Of a DNA stretch of 64,000 nt, positions 38,871-48,955 are shown one piece after another; within the stretch, counting starts at the first letter, position 1; the number at the start of each line of letters is the position of its first letter. The stretch is taken from assembly GCA_965216785.1 (NCBI GenBank), contig OZ244197.1, positions 608,001 to 672,000 on the forward strand, in the 5' to 3' direction. The notes beneath the pieces are model-generated. The model saw only the letters and a program-made list of their open reading frames with translations. It did not search any database and was not told the origin of the DNA. Source of the stretch: Thermodesulfobacteriota bacterium (lineage in GTDB: Bacteria > Desulfobacterota_D > UBA1144 > Nemesobacterales > UBA2774). Both the position numbers and the translations under genes were made by a program.

Positions 38871-40565
38871 TTATTTATTACTCACTGACATCATCATCTC
38901 TGTGATCGCGTATGTTGCGCCGCTTACGGCATCAGGGTCCGTGAGTACGTTTATGAGAGAGGGGACTCCGGAGGAAAGGGCCCTCTGTATTGCGCCGTTT
39001 AATTCCCGCGGGTCTTCGACAAGCTCACCGTAGCCGCCCATAACTTTTACCAATTCGTGAAACGGCGTGTCTGCGAGGTTTACGCCGACCTTCGGGCGCT
39101 TTTTACCGTATGTTATCTCTAGTTGATGCTTGGTCATTCCCCAGGCTTTATCGTTACAAACAACAGTAACAAAGGGAATCTTATGCCGGACGGCAGTCTC
39201 AAACTCCATAAAATTCATTCCTACCGCTCCGTCTCCCGTAATAAGTACGACATCCTTTTCGGGGCATGCCGTTTTGGCACCTATAGCAAAAGGCACGCCC
39301 ACGCCCATACAGCCGAGCAGACCGCCCTTTACATAGTGACCCGGATGCTTGACCCTGTAGTTACTGTCGGTCCATGCCTGGCAGTCACCGCCGTCAACAA
39401 CTAATATCGAATCTCCGGATGTTACGTCTTCTATTGCTTTAGAAACCCTTACGGGATGAATGGGAGTTTTGTTCGAGCTTCTTATTTTATCCCCTGCCTT
39501 CTGCTCCTTATTCTTTGAGGAAAGCGCCTTTTTATACCATTTACTAAAATCCAGTTTCACTCTTTTTCGTTTTAAGTAATCGGTAATTGCATCAAGTGTG
39601 CGTGAAACATCTCCCGCAATCCCTACGTCCGCCGCTCTGTTCCTTCCAAGCTCGTCGTGGTCTATGTCGACCTGTATCACTTTTGCCTTGGGATTTAACG
39701 TTTTGCCAAATCCTATATAGAGACTGAGCCTTATGCCTAGGAGCAGTATGAGGTCGGCCTCAGCCGTGAGCTTCTTGAACGCGTTTGGGGCTGAAGGCCC
39801 TGCGGCTCCAAAGCACAGCGGATGGTCGTCCGATACGATTCCTCTGCCGAAATTTAAGGTATAGAGAGGTATTCCTGTCTTCTCAATAAAGTTTTTAAGC
39901 GTTTTATCTGCGCCCGAGTACCAGGAGCCGCTGCCAGCGATTGCAATGGGCTTCTTTGCCTCCTTAAGTAATTTAACTGCTGACGCTACAGAATCTTCAT
40001 TTGGTTTCATAGCATGCATCGGAACAGCCGTATCATAGGAAGCGACGTCCTTTTCATCGCATTTGGGATACAAGACCTCGTAGGACATTCCTAAATATAC
40101 GGGTCCAGGTCTCCCAGAGAGCGCTCTCTTGTATGCCGAAGAAACGTACTCTGGTATCCGAAGAGGGTCGTGAACCGTTCTGGCCCATTTAGTAACGCTT
40201 GCGGCCATAGCCTGCTGGTCTATCTCCTGAAGAGATAGCCTGTCGTTTTCCTCGACTCCCGAGCGGCCTGAAATAATCATGAAGGGAGCGTTTGATAAAT
40301 AGGCCCCCGCAATACCGGTGATAGCGTTAGTGAAACCGGGCCCTGCCGTGACCAGACAGACGCCGGGCTTTCGCTTAAGCCTGCCGTAGGCATCAGCCGC
40401 CATCGCGGCCCCCTGTTCGTGGTGGGTATCGATAATTCTGATACCAAAGTCTATACAGGCGTTATAGATAGGATTGATGTGGCCTCCGCCAAGTGAGAAT
40501 ATGTCCCTGACACCGAGCTCGTGGAGAGTCCTTGCAACCAGCCTCCCGCCTTCTACCTTGGCCAT
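38871..40565 (-). CDS. ThDP-dependent enzyme, ILVBL / 2-hydroxyacyl-CoA lyase / benzaldehyde-lyase-like
   Basis: FSLGGGHINP; HHEQGA; TAGPG; GCMGVG; GDGAVG..NDKAWGM ThDP motif; no ilvH small subunit adjacent. Confidence 0.85.
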   Translation of the reverse strand: MAKVEGGRLVARTLHELGVRDIFSLGGGHINPIYNACIDFGIRIIDTHHEQGAAMAADAYGRLKRKPGVCLVTAGPGFTNAITGIAGAYLSNAPFMIISGRSGVEENDRLSLQEIDQQAMAASVTKWARTVHDPLRIPEYVSSAYKRALSGRPGPVYLGMSYEVLYPKCDEKDVASYDTAVPMHAMKPNEDSVASAVKLLKEAKKPIAIAGSGSWYSGADKTLKNFIEKTGIPLYTLNFGRGIVSDDHPLCFGAAGPSAPNAFKKLTAEADLILLLGIRLSLYIGFGKTLNPKAKVIQVDIDHDELGRNRAADVGIAGDVSRTLDAITDYLKRKRVKLDFSKWYKKALSSKNKEQKAGDKIRSSNKTPIHPVRVSKAIEDVTSGDSILVVDGGDCQAWTDSNYRVKHPGHYVKGGLLGCMGVGVPFAIGAKTACPEKDVVLITGDGAVGMNFMEFETAVRHKIPFVTVVCNDKAWGMTKHQLEITYGKKRPKVGVNLADTPFHELVKVMGGYGELVEDPRELNGAIQRALSSGVPSLINVLTDPDAVSGATYAITEMMMSVSNK

Positions 40566-40699
40566 AGCCTGATCTCCTTTATATGCATAACCCTATTACT
40601 GTTACACTTTTCAAATCTCAAATCAACTGAATTGATTGAATCGGCATTAAATTCATTATATGTTAGAATTAGTTTTCAAATTCAAGGGAGGTAAGCAAA

Positions 40700-41110
40700 A
40701 TGTCGGAAGAAGATCAGAACCAGGAAGAGCAAGGTGAAGGCGGCGCTCAGCCTGAGCTTGGGAATATAGCGAACTCAATATTGATGGCGTTTAATCTGGG
40801 AGTGAATTTTAACCAGCAGGTAAAGGGGGCAAAGAGCCTGCCCGAGGTAGTCGGAGAGCTTGGAAATACGATATATACGAATCTAGCCCAGGCCTACGGG
40901 ACTCAGTTTCAGGAGGAGTTCCTCCAGGCCAACACAGAGTACTTTCTTCAGATCGCGATGCTGGGATACATTGTGCCAGGCGTATGCGCTTATGAAGAGG
41001 AGTTTAAGGACAAACTGCTGGCTCTTATTGAGATAAGGGCTACTCAGCAGGCTGAGCAAATGAAGCAGCAGGGCGGACCCGCGGGCGGAAGCAGTATTAT
41101 TACGCCTTAA
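40700..41110 (+). CDS. Small acidic hypothetical protein
   Basis: GGGAGG RBS; 136 aa; 12 nt upstream of the nitrilase gene. Confidence 0.75.
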   Translation: MSEEDQNQEEQGEGGAQPELGNIANSILMAFNLGVNFNQQVKGAKSLPEVVGELGNTIYTNLAQAYGTQFQEEFLQANTEYFLQIAMLGYIVPGVCAYEEEFKDKLLALIEIRATQQAEQMKQQGGPAGGSSIITP

Positions 41111-41122
41111 CAAATTAAGATT

Positions 41123-42247
41123 ATGAGCAAAAAAATTCTCGGTGGGAGAGAAGTGGTGAAAGCGGCTGTCGTGCAGGCTTCTCCTGTGTTTATGGACAAG
41201 GAAAAGACGATCACGAAAGCATGTGAGCTTATAGCTGAAGCAGGAAGAAATGGAGCAGAGCTTGTAGCCTTCTCTGAGTCCTTTATTCCCGCTTATCCAG
41301 CATATTACACAGTGGGCTACGAGACCCCACCTCACGAGTGGACAGATTTTATGATCGCTCTTCAGGACAATTCCGTCGTGATTCCGAGCGAAGACACAGA
41401 GATACTGGGTGAGGCGGCAAAGAAAGCGGGAGCATACGTAGTAATCGGCTGTAATGAGCTCGACGACAGGGCCGGCAGTCAGACCGTATTCAACACACTT
41501 TTATTTATCGACAGAAACGGAAGCGTGATGGGGAAACACCGGAAGCTGATGCCGACCTACACCGAGAGAATCTACTGGGGAATGGGAGACGCAAGCGATA
41601 TAAACGTGTTCGAGACCGATATAGGGCGCATAGGCGGGCTTATTTGCTGGGAGAACCACATGCCGCTCATCAGAGCCGCTATGATTAACAGGGGAGAGGA
41701 GTTTCATATTGCGGTATGGCCGGGGAATTGGAAAAGGGGTGAGGACAAGCTGCTCAATGCCGACACGAGTCCCGGGGGGGCAATGTGTAACCTGCAGTCA
41801 CTCATAAAAGTGCACGCTTTTGAAGCAGGCGCTTTTGTCTTAAGCGGATGCGGCTATATGGATGATGACGACTTCCCTGAGAAGTGGCACGGCATTAGAG
41901 ACGGGGACCATATGAATTACGACTGGGCTTCAGGCGGGAGCGCGATTGTAAACCCCGGCGGGAGATACCTTGCTGAGCCGAACTTTGAGAAAGATGCTAT
42001 TTTATACGCCGAGTGTCACGCGAACCAGATTAAAGCGGTTAAAGCGGTATTCGATTCACTCGGTCATTATTCAAGATGGGACGTGGCTCAGCTTGCATTG
42101 AGAAAAAATTCCTGGGAACCTGAGATAGCTCTGAACAATAGTACGACACTTCCTAAAGACGAGCTTGAGAGAATATCAGAGAAGTACGAGATAGATATTG
42201 AGAGCCTTGAGTCACTGATAGACGATCTGAGTAATATCAAGAACTAA
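41123..42247 (+). CDS. Nitrilase (branch 1 carbon-nitrogen hydrolase)
   Basis: Catalytic triad FSE / HRKLMPT / LICWEN; DSLGHYSR. Confidence 0.92.
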   Translation: MSKKILGGREVVKAAVVQASPVFMDKEKTITKACELIAEAGRNGAELVAFSESFIPAYPAYYTVGYETPPHEWTDFMIALQDNSVVIPSEDTEILGEAAKKAGAYVVIGCNELDDRAGSQTVFNTLLFIDRNGSVMGKHRKLMPTYTERIYWGMGDASDINVFETDIGRIGGLICWENHMPLIRAAMINRGEEFHIAVWPGNWKRGEDKLLNADTSPGGAMCNLQSLIKVHAFEAGAFVLSGCGYMDDDDFPEKWHGIRDGDHMNYDWASGGSAIVNPGGRYLAEPNFEKDAILYAECHANQIKAVKAVFDSLGHYSRWDVAQLALRKNSWEPEIALNNSTTLPKDELERISEKYEIDIESLESLIDDLSNIKN

Positions 42248-43611
42248 CTAGACAATCTTTCCTTAGCAGCGTTTAGTTGCCCTTCTACTAGAGAGCGGAT
42301 TTCATTTAGTCTTTCTTGTGACTGGGCCTCGAACCTGAGGACCAGAGCGGGCTGTGTGTTTGAAGCCCTTATGAGGCCCCAGCCGTCGGGGAATTCGACT
42401 CTTACGCCGTCTATGTCAACAGTTTTGTTGCCCTTTGAGAGCTCTTTTTTTACTTCTTCCACCAAGTTGAACTTTATCTCCTCAGGGCAGTCTACGCGAA
42501 TCTCCGGGGTGGATAAGGCGGGGGGTACGTCTGCCAGTAGCTCGGACACGGTTTTGCCTGTCTTAGAGACTATCTCTAGCACCCTAAGCGCCGCGTAAAG
42601 GGCGTCATCGTAGCCGAAGTAGCGGTCCGCGAAGAATATATGACCGCTCATTTCCCCCGCGAGCGCAGCACGCTCGTCCTTCATCTTACTCTTAATAAGA
42701 GAGTGCCCGGTCTTCCACATAATCCCATTGCCGCCCGCTTCCTCAATGCCGGTGAATAGCCGATTGGAACATTTAACGTCGCCAATTATAGTCGCGCCGG
42801 GATTATCTTGGATTATATCCCTAGCGAAAATGAGAACGAGCATGTCACCCCATATGATATTGCCGTTCTCATCCACGACGCCAACCCTGTCGCCGTCGCC
42901 GTCAAACCCAACGCCAAGCTCAAGACCTTCGCTTTTGACGGCGTTAATCATATCTACTAAATTTTCCTCAACCGTGGGGTCCGGATGGTGGTTCGGGAAT
43001 GTGCCGTCAGGCACGGGGTAGAGCTCGGTTACCTGGCAGCCGAACCTGTTGAGAACCTCGGGACCCGCCACCCCTACCATACCGTTTCCGTAATCGGCGG
43101 CGATGCGCAGCCCTGGCTTAATATCCAGATTCTCAAGTAAATAATCTATATACGCGCCTCGCACATCGGCCTCACTAGACGTACCGCTGCCCGTGGGGAA
43201 TTCTCCCGCCTCTGCTATCTGGCCGATCTTCTTGATCTCTTGACCGAAAAGGGAATCTTTGCCGTCTGAGAGCTTGATGCCGTTATACTCTCCGGGATTA
43301 TGGCTTGCTGTGATCATTACGCCGCCCTGCACGTCCAGATTGTAAAGAGAGAAATAGAGCATAGGAGTTGAAACCATGCCAATGTCCAATACATCTATAC
43401 CCGTTGAGTTTACGCCCTGGATAAATGCCTCCGCTAATTCCGGCGAGCTTACTCTGCAGTCTCTTCCTACGGATATAGTTTTTGCGCCCTTCTCAGTCAT
43501 ATAAGCGCCGTAGGCTTTCCCGATAGTTTGAAAGACCCCAGCGTCCAAGTCTTTACCCACTACTCCTCTTATATCGTACTCTCTGAAAATTTGCGGATTT
43601 ATGCGCGGCAT
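42244..43611 (-). CDS. Phosphomannomutase/phosphoglucomutase (AlgC-like)
   Basis: IFREYDIRG; ITASHNP; FDGDGDR; GEMSGH; RASNTQP. Confidence 0.95.
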   Translation of the reverse strand: MPRINPQIFREYDIRGVVGKDLDAGVFQTIGKAYGAYMTEKGAKTISVGRDCRVSSPELAEAFIQGVNSTGIDVLDIGMVSTPMLYFSLYNLDVQGGVMITASHNPGEYNGIKLSDGKDSLFGQEIKKIGQIAEAGEFPTGSGTSSEADVRGAYIDYLLENLDIKPGLRIAADYGNGMVGVAGPEVLNRFGCQVTELYPVPDGTFPNHHPDPTVEENLVDMINAVKSEGLELGVGFDGDGDRVGVVDENGNIIWGDMLVLIFARDIIQDNPGATIIGDVKCSNRLFTGIEEAGGNGIMWKTGHSLIKSKMKDERAALAGEMSGHIFFADRYFGYDDALYAALRVLEIVSKTGKTVSELLADVPPALSTPEIRVDCPEEIKFNLVEEVKKELSKGNKTVDIDGVRVEFPDGWGLIRASNTQPALVLRFEAQSQERLNEIRSLVEGQLNAAKERLSS

Positions 43612-43713
43612 TGATCTGTTCCCCCGAATTTCTTTTCGGATAATCTTACAGTATCGGGAGAACAATAAAAGTGCAGCTTGACTTTAAAGTCCGGGCTTTT
43701 ATTCTTTGTTGCC

Positions 43714-45201
43714 ATGATTTTTCCTACATTCGAGGAGTTTGAAAAAAAGCTGGATAAGGGGAATCTGATACCGGTCTGGAAGGAAATACTGGCCGATTTC
43801 GATACTCCTGTGTCGGCTTTTAAGAAAATAGAAACCGGAGATTATTCTTTTTTGCTGGAGAGCGTGGAAGGCGGAGAGAAGTGGGGCAGGTACAGCTTTT
43901 TGGGTACAGAGCCATCGGTTATTTTCCGCTCTAAGGGCAGTAAAATAGAGATTACCGAAAACGGTAAAACCCAAACTCTTGAAGGCGATCCGATCGATGA
44001 GCTAAGGCGTCTTCATTCAAGATACAGACCCGTTGCAGAGCCGGGGCTCCCGAGGTTCCATGGGGGCGCCGTAGGGTATTTCAGCTACGATATTGTGAGG
44101 TTCGTAGAGGATCTTCCGGAGCTTGGAGTGGACGAGCTTAAGCTTTGGGACTCGCTGTTTATGATTACGGACACAGTGCTGGTATTCGACAACATAAACC
44201 ATAAAATTAAGATCATTTATAACGCTCATGTGGAGGACCCGAAGAGCTCAAGGGATTGCTACGAGAGTGCTGTAAATAAAATAGAAGAGATACATGAGAA
44301 GCTAAAAAAACCGCTGAGCTTTGAGAACGGAAACAAAAATAGCAATATTAAAAATGAGAATTCAGAGCCTGAACTGGAGTCGAACTTTAAGCCTGAGGAC
44401 TATAAGGAAGCGGTCAGAAAAACAAAGGAATACATAAAAGCCGGGGATATAATACAGGCCGTAATCTCGCAGCGCTGGAAGACCAAGCTCGACGTCGATC
44501 CTTTTGATCTGTACAGAGCGCTTAGGGTATTAAACCCCTCACCATATATGTTTTATTTTAAAACCGACTCCGAGACTCTGGTGGGCTCTTCCCCCGAAGT
44601 GATGGTCAGAGTCGAGGACGGAGAAGTGCTCAGCCGCCCTATTGCGGGAACGAGACCAAGGGGCGGGACTGAGAAAGAGGACCTTGAGCTTGAAGAAGAG
44701 CTCCTGGCTGATCCCAAGGAGAGGGCTGAGCACATAATGCTTGTGGACCTTGCCAGAAACGACCTGGGAAGGGTATCTGAGAGCGGCAGTGTGCATGTGG
44801 ACGAGCTGATGATTATAGAGAGATACTCACACGTGATGCATATAGTATCAAACGTCACCTCGAAGCTCACGCCCGGAAAAGACGCCTTTGACGTGGTGAA
44901 GGCAACCTTCCCTGCGGGTACTCTATCCGGAGCCCCTAAAGTAAGGGCTATGGAGATTATAGAGGAAACTGAGCCTGAGAGAAGGGGCGCTTACGGGGGC
45001 GCTGTAGGGTATTTCGGCTTTTCGGGGAATATGGACGCGTGTATAACGATCAGGACTTTTGTAATCAAGGACGGGGAGATATATATACAGGCAGGGGCAG
45101 GAATTGTGGCCGACTCTGACCCGGATAGAGAATTTGAGGAGACTGTAAATAAGGTAAAGGCGCTTGTTAGAGCAGTTGAAGCTGCCAAGCAGGGACTATA
45201 A
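43714..45201 (+). CDS. trpE: Anthranilate synthase component I
   Basis: LLESVEGGEKWGRYS; NPSPYM; PIAGTR; EHIMLVDLARND; PAGTLSGAPK. Confidence 0.95.
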   Translation: MIFPTFEEFEKKLDKGNLIPVWKEILADFDTPVSAFKKIETGDYSFLLESVEGGEKWGRYSFLGTEPSVIFRSKGSKIEITENGKTQTLEGDPIDELRRLHSRYRPVAEPGLPRFHGGAVGYFSYDIVRFVEDLPELGVDELKLWDSLFMITDTVLVFDNINHKIKIIYNAHVEDPKSSRDCYESAVNKIEEIHEKLKKPLSFENGNKNSNIKNENSEPELESNFKPEDYKEAVRKTKEYIKAGDIIQAVISQRWKTKLDVDPFDLYRALRVLNPSPYMFYFKTDSETLVGSSPEVMVRVEDGEVLSRPIAGTRPRGGTEKEDLELEEELLADPKERAEHIMLVDLARNDLGRVSESGSVHVDELMIIERYSHVMHIVSNVTSKLTPGKDAFDVVKATFPAGTLSGAPKVRAMEIIEETEPERRGAYGGAVGYFGFSGNMDACITIRTFVIKDGEIYIQAGAGIVADSDPDREFEETVNKVKALVRAVEAAKQGL

Positions 45202-45204
45202 ACA

Positions 45205-45786
45205 ATGATATTGATGATAGATAACTACGACTCCTTCACATACAATCTGGTCCACTATCTCTCTGAGCTCGGACAGGATGTGGAGGTGTACAGAAACGAT
45301 AAGATCACGGTCGAAGACGTCGGAGGGCTGAACCCGGATATCATAGTCGTCTCTCCCGGACCGTGTACGCCCAAAGAGGCGGGCGTATCTGTGGATGTGA
45401 TAAAAGAGTTTGCGGGAAGAATCCCCGTGCTCGGGGTCTGCCTCGGTCACCAGTCGCTCGCATACGCATACGGGGCCAAGATAATAAGGGCTGACAGGCT
45501 GCTCCACGGGAAGACCTCATTAATCCACCACGACGCTAAGGGAATATACAAAGAGATACCGGACCCTTTTGAGGCGACGAGATATCACTCGCTTCTTGTA
45601 GAAAGAAAGACGCTTCCCGACGTGTTTGAAATTACAGCCTGGACCGACGAAGGGGAGATAATGGGAATCAGGCACAAGGAACTATTGCTTGAAGGCGTTC
45701 AGTTTCACCCTGAATCGATACTTACGAAATACGGAAAAGACCTGCTAGGGAATTTTGTCGAACTCGCCCGAAACTCCATCTCTTGA
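45205..45786 (+). CDS. trpG: Anthranilate synthase component II (glutamine amidotransferase)
   Basis: IDNYDSFTYN; SPGP; GVCLGHQ; RYHSL; QFHPES. Confidence 0.95.
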   Translation: MILMIDNYDSFTYNLVHYLSELGQDVEVYRNDKITVEDVGGLNPDIIVVSPGPCTPKEAGVSVDVIKEFAGRIPVLGVCLGHQSLAYAYGAKIIRADRLLHGKTSLIHHDAKGIYKEIPDPFEATRYHSLLVERKTLPDVFEITAWTDEGEIMGIRHKELLLEGVQFHPESILTKYGKDLLGNFVELARNSIS

Positions 45787-45898
45787 TCAAATAGATACGA
45801 TCCTATTTAAATACACTAAGTATCCCCTAATGCTATTGTTGAAAATAGGATTTAAACTCTTTATATTGCTTTAGCTTTGAACAAAGCTGCACAGTTCT

Positions 45899-45959
45899 TT
45901 GACTTGTCAATGTAAATGTTTAGAATAATTCCGAGCAAGCGCTCGTTCGGAATTATTCT
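45899..45959 (+). promoter_or_regulatory. Promoter overlapped by a nested inverted repeat (candidate operator)
   Basis: TTGACT-16-TAGAAT; AGAATAATTCCGA-N12-TCGGAATTATTCT; inner CGAGC-AAGC-GCTCG. Confidence 0.65.
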
Positions 45960-46019
45960 TGGTATTTTCGGCCAGCATTGTATGCTGCAAAATAAAGAGT
46001 TCGATAAGGAGATAGTATT

Positions 46020-47744
46020 ATGCGTTTACTATTTAAGCCCCGCGATAAAAAATATGTAGGAGAGGGAACCCTGCCGTTTGGAACATTCGACGAAACTTCC
46101 GAGTGGCTGCCCTTAACCCGCTACCTGGAAGAGGGAGCTAAAATGTTTCCCGAGAAAACGATGTTCAGGGTTGCGGACAGAGACGGGAACCTGAACGAGA
46201 GCTATACGTACGAGGAAACAAACACCTGGTCTAATAGAGTAGCTAACGGTCTTAAGGATGAGTTTGGCATAAAGAAAGGGGATAGGATTGGTATTTACAT
46301 GCTTAACTCCTCTGAATATGTGATCTCGATACTGGCAATACATAAAACCGGCGCAGTACAGGTGCCGATAAATAAGGACGAGAAAGGCGAGAGGCTTGCT
46401 TACGTAATAAATTACTCCGAGATGTCGGCACTTGTAGTCGACCCGGAGAGTCTTCCGATAATAGAGGAAATCGTAGACAGCCTGGAGAGCTTGAACGTGA
46501 TATTCGTAACGGGTGATGCGGCAAATGTGCCAGACACAACAGGCAGTATTAAAACGCTGCCCTTCTCTGTATTCGAGAATTATTCACCGCAAAGCCCTGG
46601 CGTGCCCGTAGGGACCGAAGACGTCGAGAGGTGTATGTTTACCTCAGGCACGACCGGGATGCCCAAGGGGGTATCAAGGAATCACGGAGGGGTAGTGCTT
46701 ACGGTGAGAGGATACATACAGCAGTCGGGAGTAAGGAGTGAAGACATCCTTATGAGCGTCCTGACACTCGGGCACGCAAACGCTCAGGTTATGTGTCTCT
46801 TTACCGCTATTGGATCAGGGTGTACAGCTGTGTTCTATCCCCGTTTCTCAGCCTCGAATTTCTGGAAGTGGGCCGCGGAATGCGGCGCTACCCATGTAAA
46901 TATGCTGGGGGCCGTGGCGGAATATCTGTGGGCGGCTGAACCCTCTGAATGGGACCAAAAACATAACGTCAGAATGGTGCTTTCCGGACCCGCTCCCAGG
47001 AACCTGCAGGAGTTTCAGGATAGGTTCAACACTAGGACTATAGACGGGTACGGCTCGACAGAGATGGGCATGGTACTGTGGAAAGACCCAGAAGACTACC
47101 GCCCGGGCTCCTCGGGATTCCCGATGGAAGGGTACTACGTTGAGCTAAGGGACCCTCAGGACACAAGTATAGTGATGCGCCCATTCTGGGACCCGACTGA
47201 TGAGCCTACGCCTCCTGAAGACGCTAAAGGGCTTTTGTTTATAAAACCCTTCATCCCGCACACTACGCTTAACGAGTACTTTAAGGACGAGAGAAGAACG
47301 AGGGAAGCTTTTGACGACGACGGTTTTTTTAACTCCGATGACCTATTCGCAAGGGGTATAGACGGGAGATATTATTTTCAGGGACGTTACAGCAGGATAA
47401 GGGTGTCAGGCGAAAACGTCGACCCTATTGCGGTTCAGGACGTGGCTATGCAGCATGAGGCCATACAGGAAGCTGTAGCGGTAGGTATAAGACTGCCCGA
47501 TGTAGCGGATGATGAAATAAAGCTTAATGTCACGCTTAAAAAAGGTGCTGAGTTTGACCCCGCTGAGTTTTCAATGTGGATGGCAGAGAAATCTCCCGTA
47601 TTTATGGTGCCGCGCTTTATAGAAGTCTACAAAGATGGATTCCCCGTAACGGCTACACAGAAAATACGGGTAGCCGAGATAAAGGAGATTACTGACAAGA
47701 CTTGGGACCGGAGTAAAGCTGGAATCAAGTTCAGATCCAGATAG
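46020..47744 (+). CDS. ATP-dependent acyl-CoA ligase (CaiC-like ANL family), copy 1
   Basis: FTSGTTGMPKG; FSASNFW; DGYGSTE; SGENV; VTATQKI. Confidence 0.9.
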   Translation: MRLLFKPRDKKYVGEGTLPFGTFDETSEWLPLTRYLEEGAKMFPEKTMFRVADRDGNLNESYTYEETNTWSNRVANGLKDEFGIKKGDRIGIYMLNSSEYVISILAIHKTGAVQVPINKDEKGERLAYVINYSEMSALVVDPESLPIIEEIVDSLESLNVIFVTGDAANVPDTTGSIKTLPFSVFENYSPQSPGVPVGTEDVERCMFTSGTTGMPKGVSRNHGGVVLTVRGYIQQSGVRSEDILMSVLTLGHANAQVMCLFTAIGSGCTAVFYPRFSASNFWKWAAECGATHVNMLGAVAEYLWAAEPSEWDQKHNVRMVLSGPAPRNLQEFQDRFNTRTIDGYGSTEMGMVLWKDPEDYRPGSSGFPMEGYYVELRDPQDTSIVMRPFWDPTDEPTPPEDAKGLLFIKPFIPHTTLNEYFKDERRTREAFDDDGFFNSDDLFARGIDGRYYFQGRYSRIRVSGENVDPIAVQDVAMQHEAIQEAVAVGIRLPDVADDEIKLNVTLKKGAEFDPAEFSMWMAEKSPVFMVPRFIEVYKDGFPVTATQKIRVAEIKEITDKTWDRSKAGIKFRSR

Positions 47745-48684
47745 GGTTAAAAAGAAAAAATATAAATACGGCATAGAGAAGTACAAGAAACGCGCCCTCT
47801 ATCTTACTCACCCGAAAGCCGGTTCTCATTAGGGGGAGTACTAAAATTGTAAAAAAGATCATGACCGGGAATTCAAAGCGGAGAAGCGAGGGATCAACCT
47901 TTATGGGCTGGATTACCGATACGAGCCCGAGTATCCCTATATTGAATATATTACTTCCTATTATATTGCCTACGATTATATCCTGCTCTTTTCTGAGCGC
48001 CGCAACTATGGAGGTAGAGAGCTCTGGGAGCGAAGTCCCTATGGCAACAGCGGTGATGCCGATAATGAATTCGCTGACACCGAACATTTGAGCAATTGAG
48101 ATGGCGGAATCCACAAGGAGCCTGGCGCCGATTATTAAACCCAAAAGCCCTAGGATGAGGAACATCAATTGTTTTAAGTAGCCGCCGTTTTTCTTAATCT
48201 CTTCGAATCCGGGCTCGGGTTTATGGGATTCTTTACGAGCGGCGTAATAACTGTAAACCACAAACGCTATGAGAGCTGAAAAGATAAACGCGCCCTCGAG
48301 ACGGCCTATCCTGAGCCCCCATGCAAGGGCGTAAAGAAGTAAAGATAGAACAATCATTATAGGGACTTCTATCTTTATGAGCTTTATATTAATCACTATA
48401 GGACAAAGGATCGCCGACACTCCGAGAATAAGAGCTATATTTGAAATGTTGCTGCCTACTATGTTGCCGATCACTATGTCGCTTGACCCTTGCAACGCGG
48501 CCATAATGCAAACCAAGAATTCAGGGGACGATGTGCCGAACGCAACCACCGTGAGTCCTATCACCATTGGGCTTATACCCATCATGCGCGCCAGATTGGA
48601 AGCGCCCCTTACAAGCCCTTCGCCGCCGAGATAAAGCGCCGCGAGTCCGATAATGAAATAGAGTATTATGATTAAGATGTCCAA
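47731..48684 (-). CDS. Calcium/sodium antiporter (YrbG-like)
   Basis: Alpha repeats GTSSPE..GNIVGSN and GTSLPE..GNIIGSN. Confidence 0.93.
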   Translation of the reverse strand: MDILIIILYFIIGLAALYLGGEGLVRGASNLARMMGISPMVIGLTVVAFGTSSPEFLVCIMAALQGSSDIVIGNIVGSNISNIALILGVSAILCPIVINIKLIKIEVPIMIVLSLLLYALAWGLRIGRLEGAFIFSALIAFVVYSYYAARKESHKPEPGFEEIKKNGGYLKQLMFLILGLLGLIIGARLLVDSAISIAQMFGVSEFIIGITAVAIGTSLPELSTSIVAALRKEQDIIVGNIIGSNIFNIGILGLVSVIQPIKVDPSLLRFEFPVMIFFTILVLPLMRTGFRVSKIEGAFLVLLYAVFIFFLFNPIWI

Positions 48685-48955
48685 ATATTTACCTCTTATA
48701 GCTCTGCTATAGCATACTCAAGTGTGACAAGACCTCTACCATTTTCCCGAATTTACAAGACCTGACAAGTAAATGCCATTTAATACAATAAAGCAGACCA
48801 AATAATGGAATAGCTCGAACTATATATATGGCCTTCTGAAATATATTCGTTATAAAGCCAAAATTAGGTTGACAGAATAAATGTATTCGACATATATTAT
48901 TCTTGATATATTATTCATGGGTCAAAAAAACATAAAATAGTCAAGGAGGGATTCC

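Noticed and set aside
38871-40565. Calling the ThDP enzyme ilvB (AHAS)
   Set aside because: It has GGH rather than the AHAS-type PGG motif, and there is no ilvH or ilvC adjacent.
40700-42247. Nit1C nitrilase cluster
   Set aside because: The radical SAM, GNAT, AIR-synthase-like and flavoprotein genes are absent.
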